NCBI GenBank assembly: GCA_947626245.1
Contig: CANQRK010000001.1
Coordinates: 1-60,517 of the forward strand
Length of the DNA stretch: 60,517 nt
DNA from: an uncultured Paenalcaligenes sp.
Lineage (GTDB): Bacteria > Pseudomonadota > Gammaproteobacteria > Burkholderiales > Burkholderiaceae_B
Reading direction: 5' to 3'
Shown here: in pieces, positions 40,629 through 49,762 of the stretch
Layout: each line of letters begins with the position of its first letter
Numbering within the stretch: the first letter of the stretch is position 1
Notes under the pieces: generated by a model
The model's database searches: none
Seen by the model: only the letters and a program-made list of their open reading frames with translations
What the model was told of the DNA's origin: nothing
Program-made: the position numbers and the translations under genes

Positions 40629-41935
40629 CTGCAGCCATGAGTTGGCCAATGATCGATGCACAGCATAAAGCAGATCAACTGACGCAGTTATTACTTTTTG
40701 CGCGTCAAAATTCGCCCTATTATCGTCAACTGTATCAAGCCATACCCGAACAAAGTACTCGCTTGACGGATTACCCAATTTTGCATTTAGAGTCGTTTTG
40801 GCAAGCTAATGGAACGGAAAATAATCAAGTTCTCACTGCTTCACGTACGGATGGCATCACTTTTAAAAGCGGGGGCTCAACCGGTAAGCCCAAATATTCG
40901 GTATTTAGTAATGCCGATTGGGTCGCTTTTACTCAGGCCTTTGGGCAGGGCATGCGCCGTAGTGGTTTACAGACCGGTGAGTCCATTGGTAATTTATTTT
41001 ATGCCGGTAGTTTATATGCTTCGTTTTTATTTATTACGCGCAGCATAGAGCAGGCTCAAGCCGGTATGTGCTATCCCATTGCTGGCATCGATCTACATGA
41101 CACGCTTGCCATTTGGAAAGAGTTTAATCTGTCTACCTTAGCCGGGGTGCCAACAACGCTAATGAATTTGCTAACCTTACTTGATGAGGACCCTGCCGAT
41201 TCTTTATCTCTAAAGCAGTTCTTATACGGTGGCGAACCTATGTTTGCCGATCAGGTTGAGCGCTTACATCAGTATTTTCCACAATGTCAGGTGCGGTCTA
41301 TAGGCATTGCAGGCGTCGATTATGGCGAGCTTGGATGGGCTTGCCCCAGTGGCGAGTTAGGAGTGCATCATTGTTTTGATGACAGTACCTATTTGGAAAT
41401 TGTAGATGATGCAGACCAACCCATTACGCAGATGGGCGTGACCGGTCGTTTGGTCTTGACCAATTTAACGCGACGGGTCATGCCGATTATTCGTTATCCT
41501 GTAGGGGATGTGGGGATGTGGGTAGACCCTGAGGGTACTCCATGGCGCCGTTTCAAGGTGTTGGGACGTAGCCAAGATGGTGCACGTGTTGGGCCTATGA
41601 CGTTGTATACCGATGATGTTATGCAGCTCATTCAGGACTTTAATCGTCAAGGCACTGAGCTAAAAATTATTAACTTCCAAATCAAAGTTACCCATTTTGA
41701 GCATAAAGATGCGTGTACCTTGTGTTTGGTAGCCGATACGACAGAGGCTGATTTGTCCCAGCTAAATCAAGACTTATGTCAGCAGCTGTATCAGTTCCGT
41801 CCTATGTTTGAAGATTTAATAGCAAAACAGATCGTGCACCCTTTGCGTATCGAGTGGCTAACCCAATCTGAGTTGATGACCAATCCACGCACAGGAAAGC
41901 TGTTGCGCTTAATAGACCAACGCCATCAGAATTGA
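40625..41935 (+). CDS. Phenylacetate-CoA-ligase (PaaK)-like adenylating enzyme
   Basis: NSPYYR, KSGGSTGKPK, YGGE, PIIRYPVGD, LGR, TGKL; ATGA overlap with the fusion gene. Confidence 0.85.
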   Translation: MTAAMSWPMIDAQHKADQLTQLLLFARQNSPYYRQLYQAIPEQSTRLTDYPILHLESFWQANGTENNQVLTASRTDGITFKSGGSTGKPKYSVFSNADWVAFTQAFGQGMRRSGLQTGESIGNLFYAGSLYASFLFITRSIEQAQAGMCYPIAGIDLHDTLAIWKEFNLSTLAGVPTTLMNLLTLLDEDPADSLSLKQFLYGGEPMFADQVERLHQYFPQCQVRSIGIAGVDYGELGWACPSGELGVHHCFDDSTYLEIVDDADQPITQMGVTGRLVLTNLTRRVMPIIRYPVGDVGMWVDPEGTPWRRFKVLGRSQDGARVGPMTLYTDDVMQLIQDFNRQGTELKIINFQIKVTHFEHKDACTLCLVADTTEADLSQLNQDLCQQLYQFRPMFEDLIAKQIVHPLRIEWLTQSELMTNPRTGKLLRLIDQRHQN

Positions 41936-41955
41936 ATCACTCCTAACTATTTATC

Positions 41956-43485
41956 ATGACCCACTATATTACCAACACAGGCTTAGCTTGGATTAGTCTA
42001 CGATTACCGGCTCATTTGTATGCGATACCTATGATTCAGCAAACGCTGTGCAGCCAAGCACAGCATTGGGGCTTTGCACCCAGTACCGTATTGCAAATGG
42101 AACTGGCCGTCGAAGAGGCCATCACCACCATTTTGCAGCTGACTCATGGCGAGCATGCCATTGATGCCCAGACACCCAGTGCGGGACATTTTGATATTCG
42201 AATTAGTGTGTTGGACCATGCGTTGCAGCTACGTATTACGGATTATGATTTGCCCTATGACTTATCCATGATCCCGTTGTTTTCACCATCAAGCAGCACT
42301 GACAGTGATAATAAACTGGGTTTGTCGTTTTATTTATTGAGTCAGCTAGTCGATGGCCTGCAAGTGCATCATCCCGGCATTCAGGGGCAAAGTCTAGAGC
42401 TAGAGTGGAAAGTCCCAGCAATTAGCTCTACAGCCATGCCCTCAACACCAGAGCGGATGCTTTCCATTGAGCCATCAGCGACAGATATTCAGATTCGTCC
42501 GTTAGCAGACAGTGATGCCATTTATGTGGCGCGTCTCATGCATCAAAACTATGGGTATTCTTATGTGAATCCCGATCTGTACATAGCAGAACGAATTGTA
42601 TTGCGCACGAATGACGGGCGACTCAGTTCGATGGTGGCCGTGGATGCGCAGCAACAGGTGGTGGGACATTGTGCATTGATGAAAACCACCTCGACTAGCT
42701 CTGTCGTCGAGCTAGGGGCTGCGGTGGTGTCTCCAGCTAAACAAGGGTTAGGTATTTTTAATCGCTTGTGGCAATCGCTAGAAGACCAATTGCCGCAACG
42801 TGCCGAGTACGTGGCCTGCGTGCATGCGGTCACTAGTCATCCTTTTACGCAGAAAACCGTGCTTAGGCATGGCTATGTAATGAGTGCGCTGTTGTTGGCT
42901 TATACGCCATTAAGTCTGCAGTTTAAAAGTGTGAGCGATAAAGCGAATGCTGAACGGGGCTCGGTATACTATTGTTGTAAACTGCTGCAGCCTTTAGCGC
43001 CTTTGTTGGTGTATGTACCAGAGCCTGACCGGGATTTAGTGTTGGAGTTAGCGCAGCAGTTGCAGATGCCTTTGCAGTGTGTATCGAGTCATAGCATGCA
43101 CCTTGATACAGCGAATACCGTACTGCATTATCACTTGGAAAGCAGTTTAAATAGTGCATTTATGCACTGCGATACGTGGGCTGCAGACGGTGCATTGGAA
43201 CTGACACGCTTATGGAAATACTTGTGTCGCGAGCGTGTGGATACGTTGTATTTTTCTATTGATTTAACCCAAGCTCATGCACCGGCTTTAGCGCAGCAAT
43301 TAAGACGTTTAGGGTTTATTAGTGCGGGGTTAACGCCGTACATGCCGTACCCCGCCACCTTGCTTTTGCAATATATTAATAATCAAACATTGAGTGAGCA
43401 GAATGTGGTGGCGGTGGGGGAAAATGCCGAGAAGATTAAGCAGCGAGTATTTGCTGAATACAAACAAAACGAGCTGTTAGCATAA
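41956..43485 (+). CDS. Fusion of a degenerate RsbW-like HATPase domain and a GNAT acyltransferase domain
   Basis: N-terminal LRLPA..ELAVEEA..RITD..GLSFYLLSQLVD; then IRPL..YGYSY..VVGHCAL..ELGAAVVSPAKQGLGIF (GNAT motif A), HPFTQK. Confidence 0.78.
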   Translation: MTHYITNTGLAWISLRLPAHLYAIPMIQQTLCSQAQHWGFAPSTVLQMELAVEEAITTILQLTHGEHAIDAQTPSAGHFDIRISVLDHALQLRITDYDLPYDLSMIPLFSPSSSTDSDNKLGLSFYLLSQLVDGLQVHHPGIQGQSLELEWKVPAISSTAMPSTPERMLSIEPSATDIQIRPLADSDAIYVARLMHQNYGYSYVNPDLYIAERIVLRTNDGRLSSMVAVDAQQQVVGHCALMKTTSTSSVVELGAAVVSPAKQGLGIFNRLWQSLEDQLPQRAEYVACVHAVTSHPFTQKTVLRHGYVMSALLLAYTPLSLQFKSVSDKANAERGSVYYCCKLLQPLAPLLVYVPEPDRDLVLELAQQLQMPLQCVSSHSMHLDTANTVLHYHLESSLNSAFMHCDTWAADGALELTRLWKYLCRERVDTLYFSIDLTQAHAPALAQQLRRLGFISAGLTPYMPYPATLLLQYINNQTLSEQNVVAVGENAEKIKQRVFAEYKQNELLA

Positions 43486-43487
43486 CG

Positions 43488-43832
43488 TTATATTGCTAGA
43501 GCCTGCAGAGCCGCTTCCTGATCAGGGTAGGCGGTCATAATGTTAAAAAAGCCGCTGATCTCAAACACATGATGTACATGGGGCTGTAATCCACATAAGG
43601 CAAAGTCGAGGTTTTGGGCCTTGGCCTGTTTGGCTGCCATTAAAATAAGACGTAAACCGGCGCTAGCCATATAGTCTAAACCATGCAGGTTAATTAAAAT
43701 GGGGCCAGAGCTGTTTTTTATATGGCTTAAAAAATCAGATTCAATATGGCTGCTATTTAGGCTATCAAGTCGCCCTGTCAAATGTAATAGCAAGACAGAC
43801 TGATTGTGTTCCGAGTGTAACTGAATGCTCAT
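43488..43832 (-). CDS. STAS-domain anti-anti-sigma-type protein (SpoIIAA/RsbV-like)
   Basis: LTGRLDS, LDYMASAGLR with the phospho-acceptor Ser, VFEISGF. Confidence 0.9.
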   Translation of the reverse strand: MSIQLHSEHNQSVLLLHLTGRLDSLNSSHIESDFLSHIKNSSGPILINLHGLDYMASAGLRLILMAAKQAKAQNLDFALCGLQPHVHHVFEISGFFNIMTAYPDQEAALQALAI

Positions 43833-46225
43833 AGGTCTCCTTGTGGGGGCGCTAGGTGTTTATAAAGACGAATGCAATTATACGAATCGTGACGGCTATA
43901 GCTGTATTCATCCATTAGACGTTTAATAAGATGAATACCCATGCCACCAATATGACGTTGACTCAGTTCTGCTTGCAGGTCTGGGGTTTCATTATGGGTA
44001 AACGGGTTAAAGGCGAGCCCTTGGTCTTGAATTTGGCAGCAGACATGATCCTCATAGATCGTCAGACTCAGCTCAATCAGACTTTGGTCTGCAGGTTCAC
44101 CGTGTTTAATGATATTGTTGATGAGCTCATCCAAACAGAGGCTGATATCAAATACGATCTGTGGGGAGCGTTGTATAAGAGGAGTTAAAAAATCTTCTAT
44201 TTGTGGAACTAGACGAGCAAAGTCTGTCAGGTCGGGCGCTAGTGTCCACGAGGCTTGATGAATAGGTGGTCGTTGATTTTGTAGTCGTAGTAACAATACG
44301 GTCATATCGTCATTGGGTTCTGCTTGGCCTACAAAGCGGTGTAGTTGCTGTTTGAGCGTAGCAAATAGGTCTTGAGTCGAGCGGTGTTTGCCGTGCTCTG
44401 TTAGCCATTGTATTAGGCGTGTTTCACCAAACTCTTCTTGAGTTTCTGACATGGCTTCGGTAATGCCATCACTATAAATGAACAGCATGTCCGATGGGGC
44501 AAGTTGTCTGGAAAAACAGTGATAGTTCACTTCATCCCATGCACCCAAGGGTAAATCGTAGGCCACAGGCAGAGGGCTGACGCTGCCATCAGCGTGCCGT
44601 AGTAAAGCCGGAGGGTGGCCCGCACACGCATAGCTAAATTCGGTTGTTTTTGGATCAAAAACTCCATAGAAAACGGTGACAAAGAGCGAGGCAGGGTTAC
44701 GCTCATTGAGTAACTGATTAGCAAAACGTAGAACGTGATCGGGAGCCTGATAGGTAGCAACAGCCTGCTTTAAAATGGTGCTAGACACCCCCATGAAAAA
44801 CGCAGAAGCAATTCCTTTGCCGGACACATCAGCCACTAACACTGCGTAACGCCCATCACTGAGCTCAAAGCAATCATAAAAATCCCCGCCTACTTCGCGT
44901 GCTGGGCGCATATTGGCATAGATTTGAAACTGTTCTTTATGTGGAAATTCATGCGGCAAAATGGCTTGCTGCATATCGTGAGCTAACTGTAGCTCTTGGT
45001 CAATGCGTGCATAAAAGTCAGCTAATAAACGGTTTTTTTCCGTGAGCTCGTGCGTGCGCTGCTGTACTAAGGTGTCCAACACAAACTCGCGATGATAGAC
45101 CTCAGTGATCATGGCTTGAAAGACCTTGGCAAAATGACCTAGTTCGTCGTTACGCTGGGTGACTAAATCCAAGTCAGTATTGTGTTCGGGCGCCAAACGG
45201 TGGCCTTCTTTGATTTGTTTGGCTTGCTCCATGAGTACATTAAGGGGGCGAATGAAACTACGACTAAATAGCCATGCCAATGCAATACTGCCTAGTCCAC
45301 AAAACAGGAGAAAAAATCCATTTTTATAAAAAAGGGCATGGATAGGAGCCGCAAAGTTTTGATAGGGCTCGGCCACAAATACTGACCAGTCTTGATAATG
45401 AATAGGAGCGACGCCAGCGACAAAAAGACGAGAATTCAAGGTGAATTCAATACTTTGAGAGCGTTCAAAAGACAGGTTGTAATGGGTTTGCAAAGAGGGC
45501 AGATCGCGTAGGTGTTGATAGCGATAGTCGGGATTAGGGTGATAAATAATCTGCTCGTGTTGATCAATTAAAAAAGGAATGAGCACATAATCTTGAAAGC
45601 TACCTTTGATGAAAATCTCATCGACGGCTTCTAGATTTAGTTTAATCACCACTACTCCAATGACGTGTTGCGAGGCATTGAATACGGGGGCCGAAAAGAA
45701 AATACCTTTTTGATGAGTGGTCGTGCCTTCGGTTACACCCGTGACGTGGCTATTGCCTTGAATGGCAGTTTGAAAGTAGTCTCTAAATCCGGCATCAAAG
45801 TCCATGAGCTGAGGCAAAGAGGCGGTAAGCACAAGGCCATCTAAACCAATCAAACTGACATAATCGATGTGTGGCAAGGAATGAGTTAACAGATCTAAAT
45901 CGTTATCGACTTGTTCTTTGACATTGAGTTGGTTGGGATTTTCTAAAAAACGGACAATGTCAGGGTCTTTGGCTAAGGATTGAGCAAAAGTATGATGTTG
46001 ATTTAATAGGTGGTCAATTTGTACTGATAGATTGTGGGCGTTAAGCTCTAGGTGTTCTTTTTGGTCTAGCTCGACTTGGTTTAAACTGCTGTGCAAGCTG
46101 AGGTAGCTTAGGAGCGCTAAAGGCAGTAGCGAGGTCAGTAAAAAAACAATAATTAATTTATAGGTTAGGGGCCAAGCGCCAAAACTCATTTTTCTAAGTC
46201 GAGTTGATGCTTTTTTTCTGTGCAT
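43829..46225 (-). CDS. Membrane sensor: TM-Cache-TM-HAMP-PP2C(SpoIIE)-HATPase (RsbW-type kinase)
   Basis: Two TM segments, FRDYF Cache motif, RNDELG HAMP, EVGGDFYD/ADVSGKG/SDGITEA/DDMT PP2C, ELINNIIKHG/DQG/GGMG kinase; probable start ATG 46225 (track gives 46252). Confidence 0.9.
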   Translation of the reverse strand: MHRKKASTRLRKMSFGAWPLTYKLIIVFLLTSLLPLALLSYLSLHSSLNQVELDQKEHLELNAHNLSVQIDHLLNQHHTFAQSLAKDPDIVRFLENPNQLNVKEQVDNDLDLLTHSLPHIDYVSLIGLDGLVLTASLPQLMDFDAGFRDYFQTAIQGNSHVTGVTEGTTTHQKGIFFSAPVFNASQHVIGVVVIKLNLEAVDEIFIKGSFQDYVLIPFLIDQHEQIIYHPNPDYRYQHLRDLPSLQTHYNLSFERSQSIEFTLNSRLFVAGVAPIHYQDWSVFVAEPYQNFAAPIHALFYKNGFFLLFCGLGSIALAWLFSRSFIRPLNVLMEQAKQIKEGHRLAPEHNTDLDLVTQRNDELGHFAKVFQAMITEVYHREFVLDTLVQQRTHELTEKNRLLADFYARIDQELQLAHDMQQAILPHEFPHKEQFQIYANMRPAREVGGDFYDCFELSDGRYAVLVADVSGKGIASAFFMGVSSTILKQAVATYQAPDHVLRFANQLLNERNPASLFVTVFYGVFDPKTTEFSYACAGHPPALLRHADGSVSPLPVAYDLPLGAWDEVNYHCFSRQLAPSDMLFIYSDGITEAMSETQEEFGETRLIQWLTEHGKHRSTQDLFATLKQQLHRFVGQAEPNDDMTVLLLRLQNQRPPIHQASWTLAPDLTDFARLVPQIEDFLTPLIQRSPQIVFDISLCLDELINNIIKHGEPADQSLIELSLTIYEDHVCCQIQDQGLAFNPFTHNETPDLQAELSQRHIGGMGIHLIKRLMDEYSYSRHDSYNCIRLYKHLAPPQGDL

Positions 46226-46388
46226 AAAGCTACCTTGTGAAATGCCAAACACCTAGCGTGATCAGTTATTTGCCATTATGGCCGCAATGCATTAGGTTTT
46301 CATCTTTTTTATTCCTACAGTGCGCTAGAGTAACTGCAAGCAGTACACTAGACACATAAGAAAGTATTTTCTTTTTTGGAGAAACCAA

Positions 46389-47303
46389 ATGATGTTTGAA
46401 TCGGTATTGATTTTATTGGTCGCTGTGGCAGCTGCGTTGGTATATAGCGGAGTCAAAATTGTGCCTCAGGGGCAAAATTGGACGGTAGAGCGCTTTGGGC
46501 GCTATACCACTACCTTACCCTCGGGGCTGCATTTTATTATTCCTATTGTTGATCGCATTGGCCGCAAACTAAGCGTGATGGAGTCGGTGCTTGATGTGCC
46601 TCCACAAAATGTCATCTCCAAAGACAACGTGTCTATAGTGGCAGATTGCGTTACTTTTTATCAAATTGTTGAGCCCCAAAAGGCCGCCTACCAAATTGAT
46701 AATTTAGAGCTAGGTATACAAAACCTAACCATTACCAATTTACGTTCGGTGTTGGGTGGTATGGAGCTTGATCATATGCTCAGCAACCGTCAGGAAATTA
46801 ATAGCAAACTGTTGGCAGAGGTCGATATGGCGACGCAGCCATGGGGCGTGAAGATCACCCGCGTCGAAATACGCGATCTGATGATGTCTGACGAGCTACA
46901 AGAGGCCATGAATTTACAAATGACAGCCGAGCGTAAACGCCGAGCCATCGTAACCGAAGCCGAAGGTAAAAAACGTTCTGAAATTTTATTGGCCGAGGGT
47001 GAAAAAGAGGCTGAAATTTTACGTGCTCAGGGCGAACGAGAAGCCGCCTTCCTCGAGGCTGAGGCCCGAGAGCGTCGTGCTGAAGCCGAGGCCAAGTCTA
47101 CCGAGGTAGTCTCTAAAGCGATTAAAGAGGGTGATATTGCTGCGATTCAATACTTTTTAGGCACCGAGTACATCAAAGCGCTAGAGGGTATAGGGGCTTC
47201 AGAAAACTCCAAGTTGGTCTTAATGCCTTTGGAGGCCAGTGGCGTAGCAGGCAGTATTGCTGGTATTGCTCAGGTGCTACAACAAAATCTAGATAAAAAA
47301 TAA
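46389..47303 (+). CDS. qmcA: SPFH/band-7 protein (QmcA/YbbK-like)
   Basis: N-terminal TM, VERFGRY, ISKDNV, PWGVKITRVEI, QMTAERKRRA, EA-rich coil; GGAG RBS. Confidence 0.9.
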   Translation: MMFESVLILLVAVAAALVYSGVKIVPQGQNWTVERFGRYTTTLPSGLHFIIPIVDRIGRKLSVMESVLDVPPQNVISKDNVSIVADCVTFYQIVEPQKAAYQIDNLELGIQNLTITNLRSVLGGMELDHMLSNRQEINSKLLAEVDMATQPWGVKITRVEIRDLMMSDELQEAMNLQMTAERKRRAIVTEAEGKKRSEILLAEGEKEAEILRAQGEREAAFLEAEARERRAEAEAKSTEVVSKAIKEGDIAAIQYFLGTEYIKALEGIGASENSKLVLMPLEASGVAGSIAGIAQVLQQNLDKK

Positions 47304-47307
47304 CGTG

Positions 47308-47763
47308 ATGGAATTATTCACTTTCAGTTCGCCGTATTGGTGGCTCAGTCTAGGGCTAGCATTTATTTTGCTCGAGCTACTGATTCCAGGCATTTATTTA
47401 TTTTGGATAGGTTTGGCAGTGTTATTCGTGGCACTACCAGCTGGTTTTATGGATCTTAGCGCGACCTATTTAGTGTTCTTTTTTGTGTTCTTTCTTGCTC
47501 TGAGTGTGTGGATAGGCATGAAGGTTCAAGCACGGAAAAACACTCAGGCTGACCATCTTAATCAAGGCTTGGCCTCGTATGTAGGCACCTTAACGACTGT
47601 TGCCCAAATAGATGCTCAAGGGCAAAGCCCTATTCGCATTCATTTAGCCGGCACCACCTACGCGGCCTATTGTGAGCAGGCCGTGCAGGTGGGTGATACG
47701 GTTAAAGTGACTGCGGTGGACGACGGTAAGCTTTTTATTCAAAAAGCAGCTAATGCCTCTTAG
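47308..47763 (+). CDS. ybbJ: NfeD-like membrane partner (YbbJ-like)
   Basis: WWLSLG..LELLIPG, C-terminal OB-fold GDTVKVTAVD; follows the SPFH gene. Confidence 0.85.
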   Translation: MELFTFSSPYWWLSLGLAFILLELLIPGIYLFWIGLAVLFVALPAGFMDLSATYLVFFFVFFLALSVWIGMKVQARKNTQADHLNQGLASYVGTLTTVAQIDAQGQSPIRIHLAGTTYAAYCEQAVQVGDTVKVTAVDDGKLFIQKAANAS

Positions 47764-47842
47764 GCAGACGGGTTGTATGACAGGTCAACGCATCAGTGCA
47801 CCGGTTTGTGTGCGTGGTTTTCTACGTTTCGTCTGTTGAAGA

Positions 47843-49456
47843 CTAAAAACCATAGAGTTGTGCGGGATTACGCACAAGAATTTGTTCAATTAAAGCTTCG
47901 TCGTTATCCACCCAACTAAAAAACTCTTCTAATAGATTGGTGTCATCTGGCATGGGAGTATTAATACAAACATGAGGCCAGTCTGTGGCCCATAAAATAT
48001 GTTCAGAGTTACTTTGGATAAGCGCTTTGGCTAGAGGAGCCACATCCGAATAAGGGCTTTGCGTTTGGCTTGTAAAACGATAGGCTCCAGATAGTTTTAC
48101 CCAGGCTTTGCCTTCTTGTAAAAGGCGAATAAGCTCTTGGAAGCGAGGGTGGGAAACGCCGATATTTGTGGGCATATGACCCATATGATCGATGACTACT
48201 TCAACAGGCAAGTAGGCGAGGGTTTCATATAAGTCAGCAAACTCAGAAATATCGACTAAGAGTTGTAAGTGCCAACCTAGCGGGGCAATTTTATAGGCCA
48301 GACTAGTGACATCAGACACTTCGACCCCACTTTTATATAGTAAATTGATGCGTACCCCCCGCACCCCTAGGGCATGCATATGCCATAACTCGCTGTCTGG
48401 TGTGTGCTCACTGATTACTACTACACCTCTGAACTGGTCACCACTGCGCTCTAGGGTGTCGAGTAAGAGTTGATTGTCATAGCCGTAGACACTGGGTTGC
48501 ACAATGACTCCGCGACTTAAGCCTAAGGTCTTTTGTAATTGCAAGTATTGTGTGAAGCTTGCGCTAGGGGGAGTGTAAGATCGATGCGCCGTAAAAGGAT
48601 AGGTAGTTGCTTCACCAATAATATGAAAATGGCAGTCACAAGCATTAGCAGGTAAAGGGAGTTGAGGCTTGTGACTCGCAGGTAGCGGCGCAGGACATGG
48701 AGGCGCATAGGTTTCTCCTAATGTTGTCATGCGAGTGATCTCCCACCCTTGTAAGCCCCGAATACCATTGCGCTCAGCAGAGTGAATAACATGTTGCCAA
48801 GCAGCTCGTCGAGCTAAGTCGGGATCGCCCAAACGGATTGCATCAAAGATAGCTTGATATTCTTGAATTAACGTGGTTTTTAAGGTGTTAGAGCTAATCA
48901 ATCGTTGTTCTAACGATGTTGCATCTAAGGTGTTTTGAGTTAGGTGGATGACGAAGCTCTCAAAATACTCATTGCCTGTTGCTTCCACAATGGCTTGCTT
49001 AAAAGCCAAACTCTTTTCTACCAAATTGGTATCTGTCCAAGCCGCTTGTCGTAGTTCAATAAACAGCTGCTGAATTTTTTCGAGTTGTTCTCTAGAGCGT
49101 CGTCTGGCAGCCATGCCAGCTGCAGAAATTTCTAAATCTAAACGCATCTCGTAAAGCTGACGTAATTTAGCTAAGTCACCTTGCACTTCTGCATTGTTGA
49201 TTCTGAAGCCTGAGCGTAAGTTTTTCTTAGAAACAAACGTACCAATTCCTTGATGGCTTTCTACAAGACCTTCCGACTTGAGGCGCGCGACAGCCTCTCG
49301 TACTACATTACGGCTTACTTTGAATTGATCACATAACTGGGCTTCTGTGGGTATGCGAGCCCCAGCAGCTAGGTGACCTTGACGTATTTCTTGTTGTAAG
49401 TAGTTTGAAATTTCAACAGAGAGTTGGCGGCGAGCGGTTGTAACAGGTTTCTTCAT
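47843..49456 (-). CDS. Fusion: FadR/GntR regulator (wHTH+FCD) + amidohydrolase-2 (LigI-like lactonase) domain
   Basis: GARIPTEAQLCDQFKVSRNVVREAV..GIGTFV; then CDCHFH, RSYTPP, QPSVYG, DHMGH, WVKLSG, TDWPH, NPAQLYGF in one frame; ATG 49456 (TTG 49462 alternative). Confidence 0.85.
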   Translation of the reverse strand: MKKPVTTARRQLSVEISNYLQQEIRQGHLAAGARIPTEAQLCDQFKVSRNVVREAVARLKSEGLVESHQGIGTFVSKKNLRSGFRINNAEVQGDLAKLRQLYEMRLDLEISAAGMAARRRSREQLEKIQQLFIELRQAAWTDTNLVEKSLAFKQAIVEATGNEYFESFVIHLTQNTLDATSLEQRLISSNTLKTTLIQEYQAIFDAIRLGDPDLARRAAWQHVIHSAERNGIRGLQGWEITRMTTLGETYAPPCPAPLPASHKPQLPLPANACDCHFHIIGEATTYPFTAHRSYTPPSASFTQYLQLQKTLGLSRGVIVQPSVYGYDNQLLLDTLERSGDQFRGVVVISEHTPDSELWHMHALGVRGVRINLLYKSGVEVSDVTSLAYKIAPLGWHLQLLVDISEFADLYETLAYLPVEVVIDHMGHMPTNIGVSHPRFQELIRLLQEGKAWVKLSGAYRFTSQTQSPYSDVAPLAKALIQSNSEHILWATDWPHVCINTPMPDDTNLLEEFFSWVDNDEALIEQILVRNPAQLYGF

Positions 49457-49565
49457 CGGCAATTTATTAATAAGTAGAAGTTTTTAGCCTAAGGCCAGAA
49501 AGAAAGAGCTGAGGAATACGATGCCACTATGATACCACCGCTCTTGACCTGCTACTCATATTAAC

Positions 49566-49714
49566 TTGTAGGACATGTGCTTTCAGGAGGTTTTCGTGTG
49601 TTTTCTTAACTCGTTGATTTTTAGTGGGTAAGCTTGTTTTTCAATGCCAATTTAAAAAATAGTGGAGCCTTGCATAAAATGCTTGTATGATAATGATCAT
49701 ATATTGTAGGACAA
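49566..49714. promoter_or_regulatory. Three FadR-type boxes and an IHF consensus site
   Basis: TTGTAGGACAT (49566), TTGTATGATAA (49683), TTGTAGGACAA (49704); minus strand AATCAACGAGTTA (49607-49619) fits WATCAANNNNTTR. Confidence 0.65.
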
Positions 49715-49762
49715 CTTGTTTTGCTATATACCAACAATTCAACTAATTAGGATTTAGAGACA

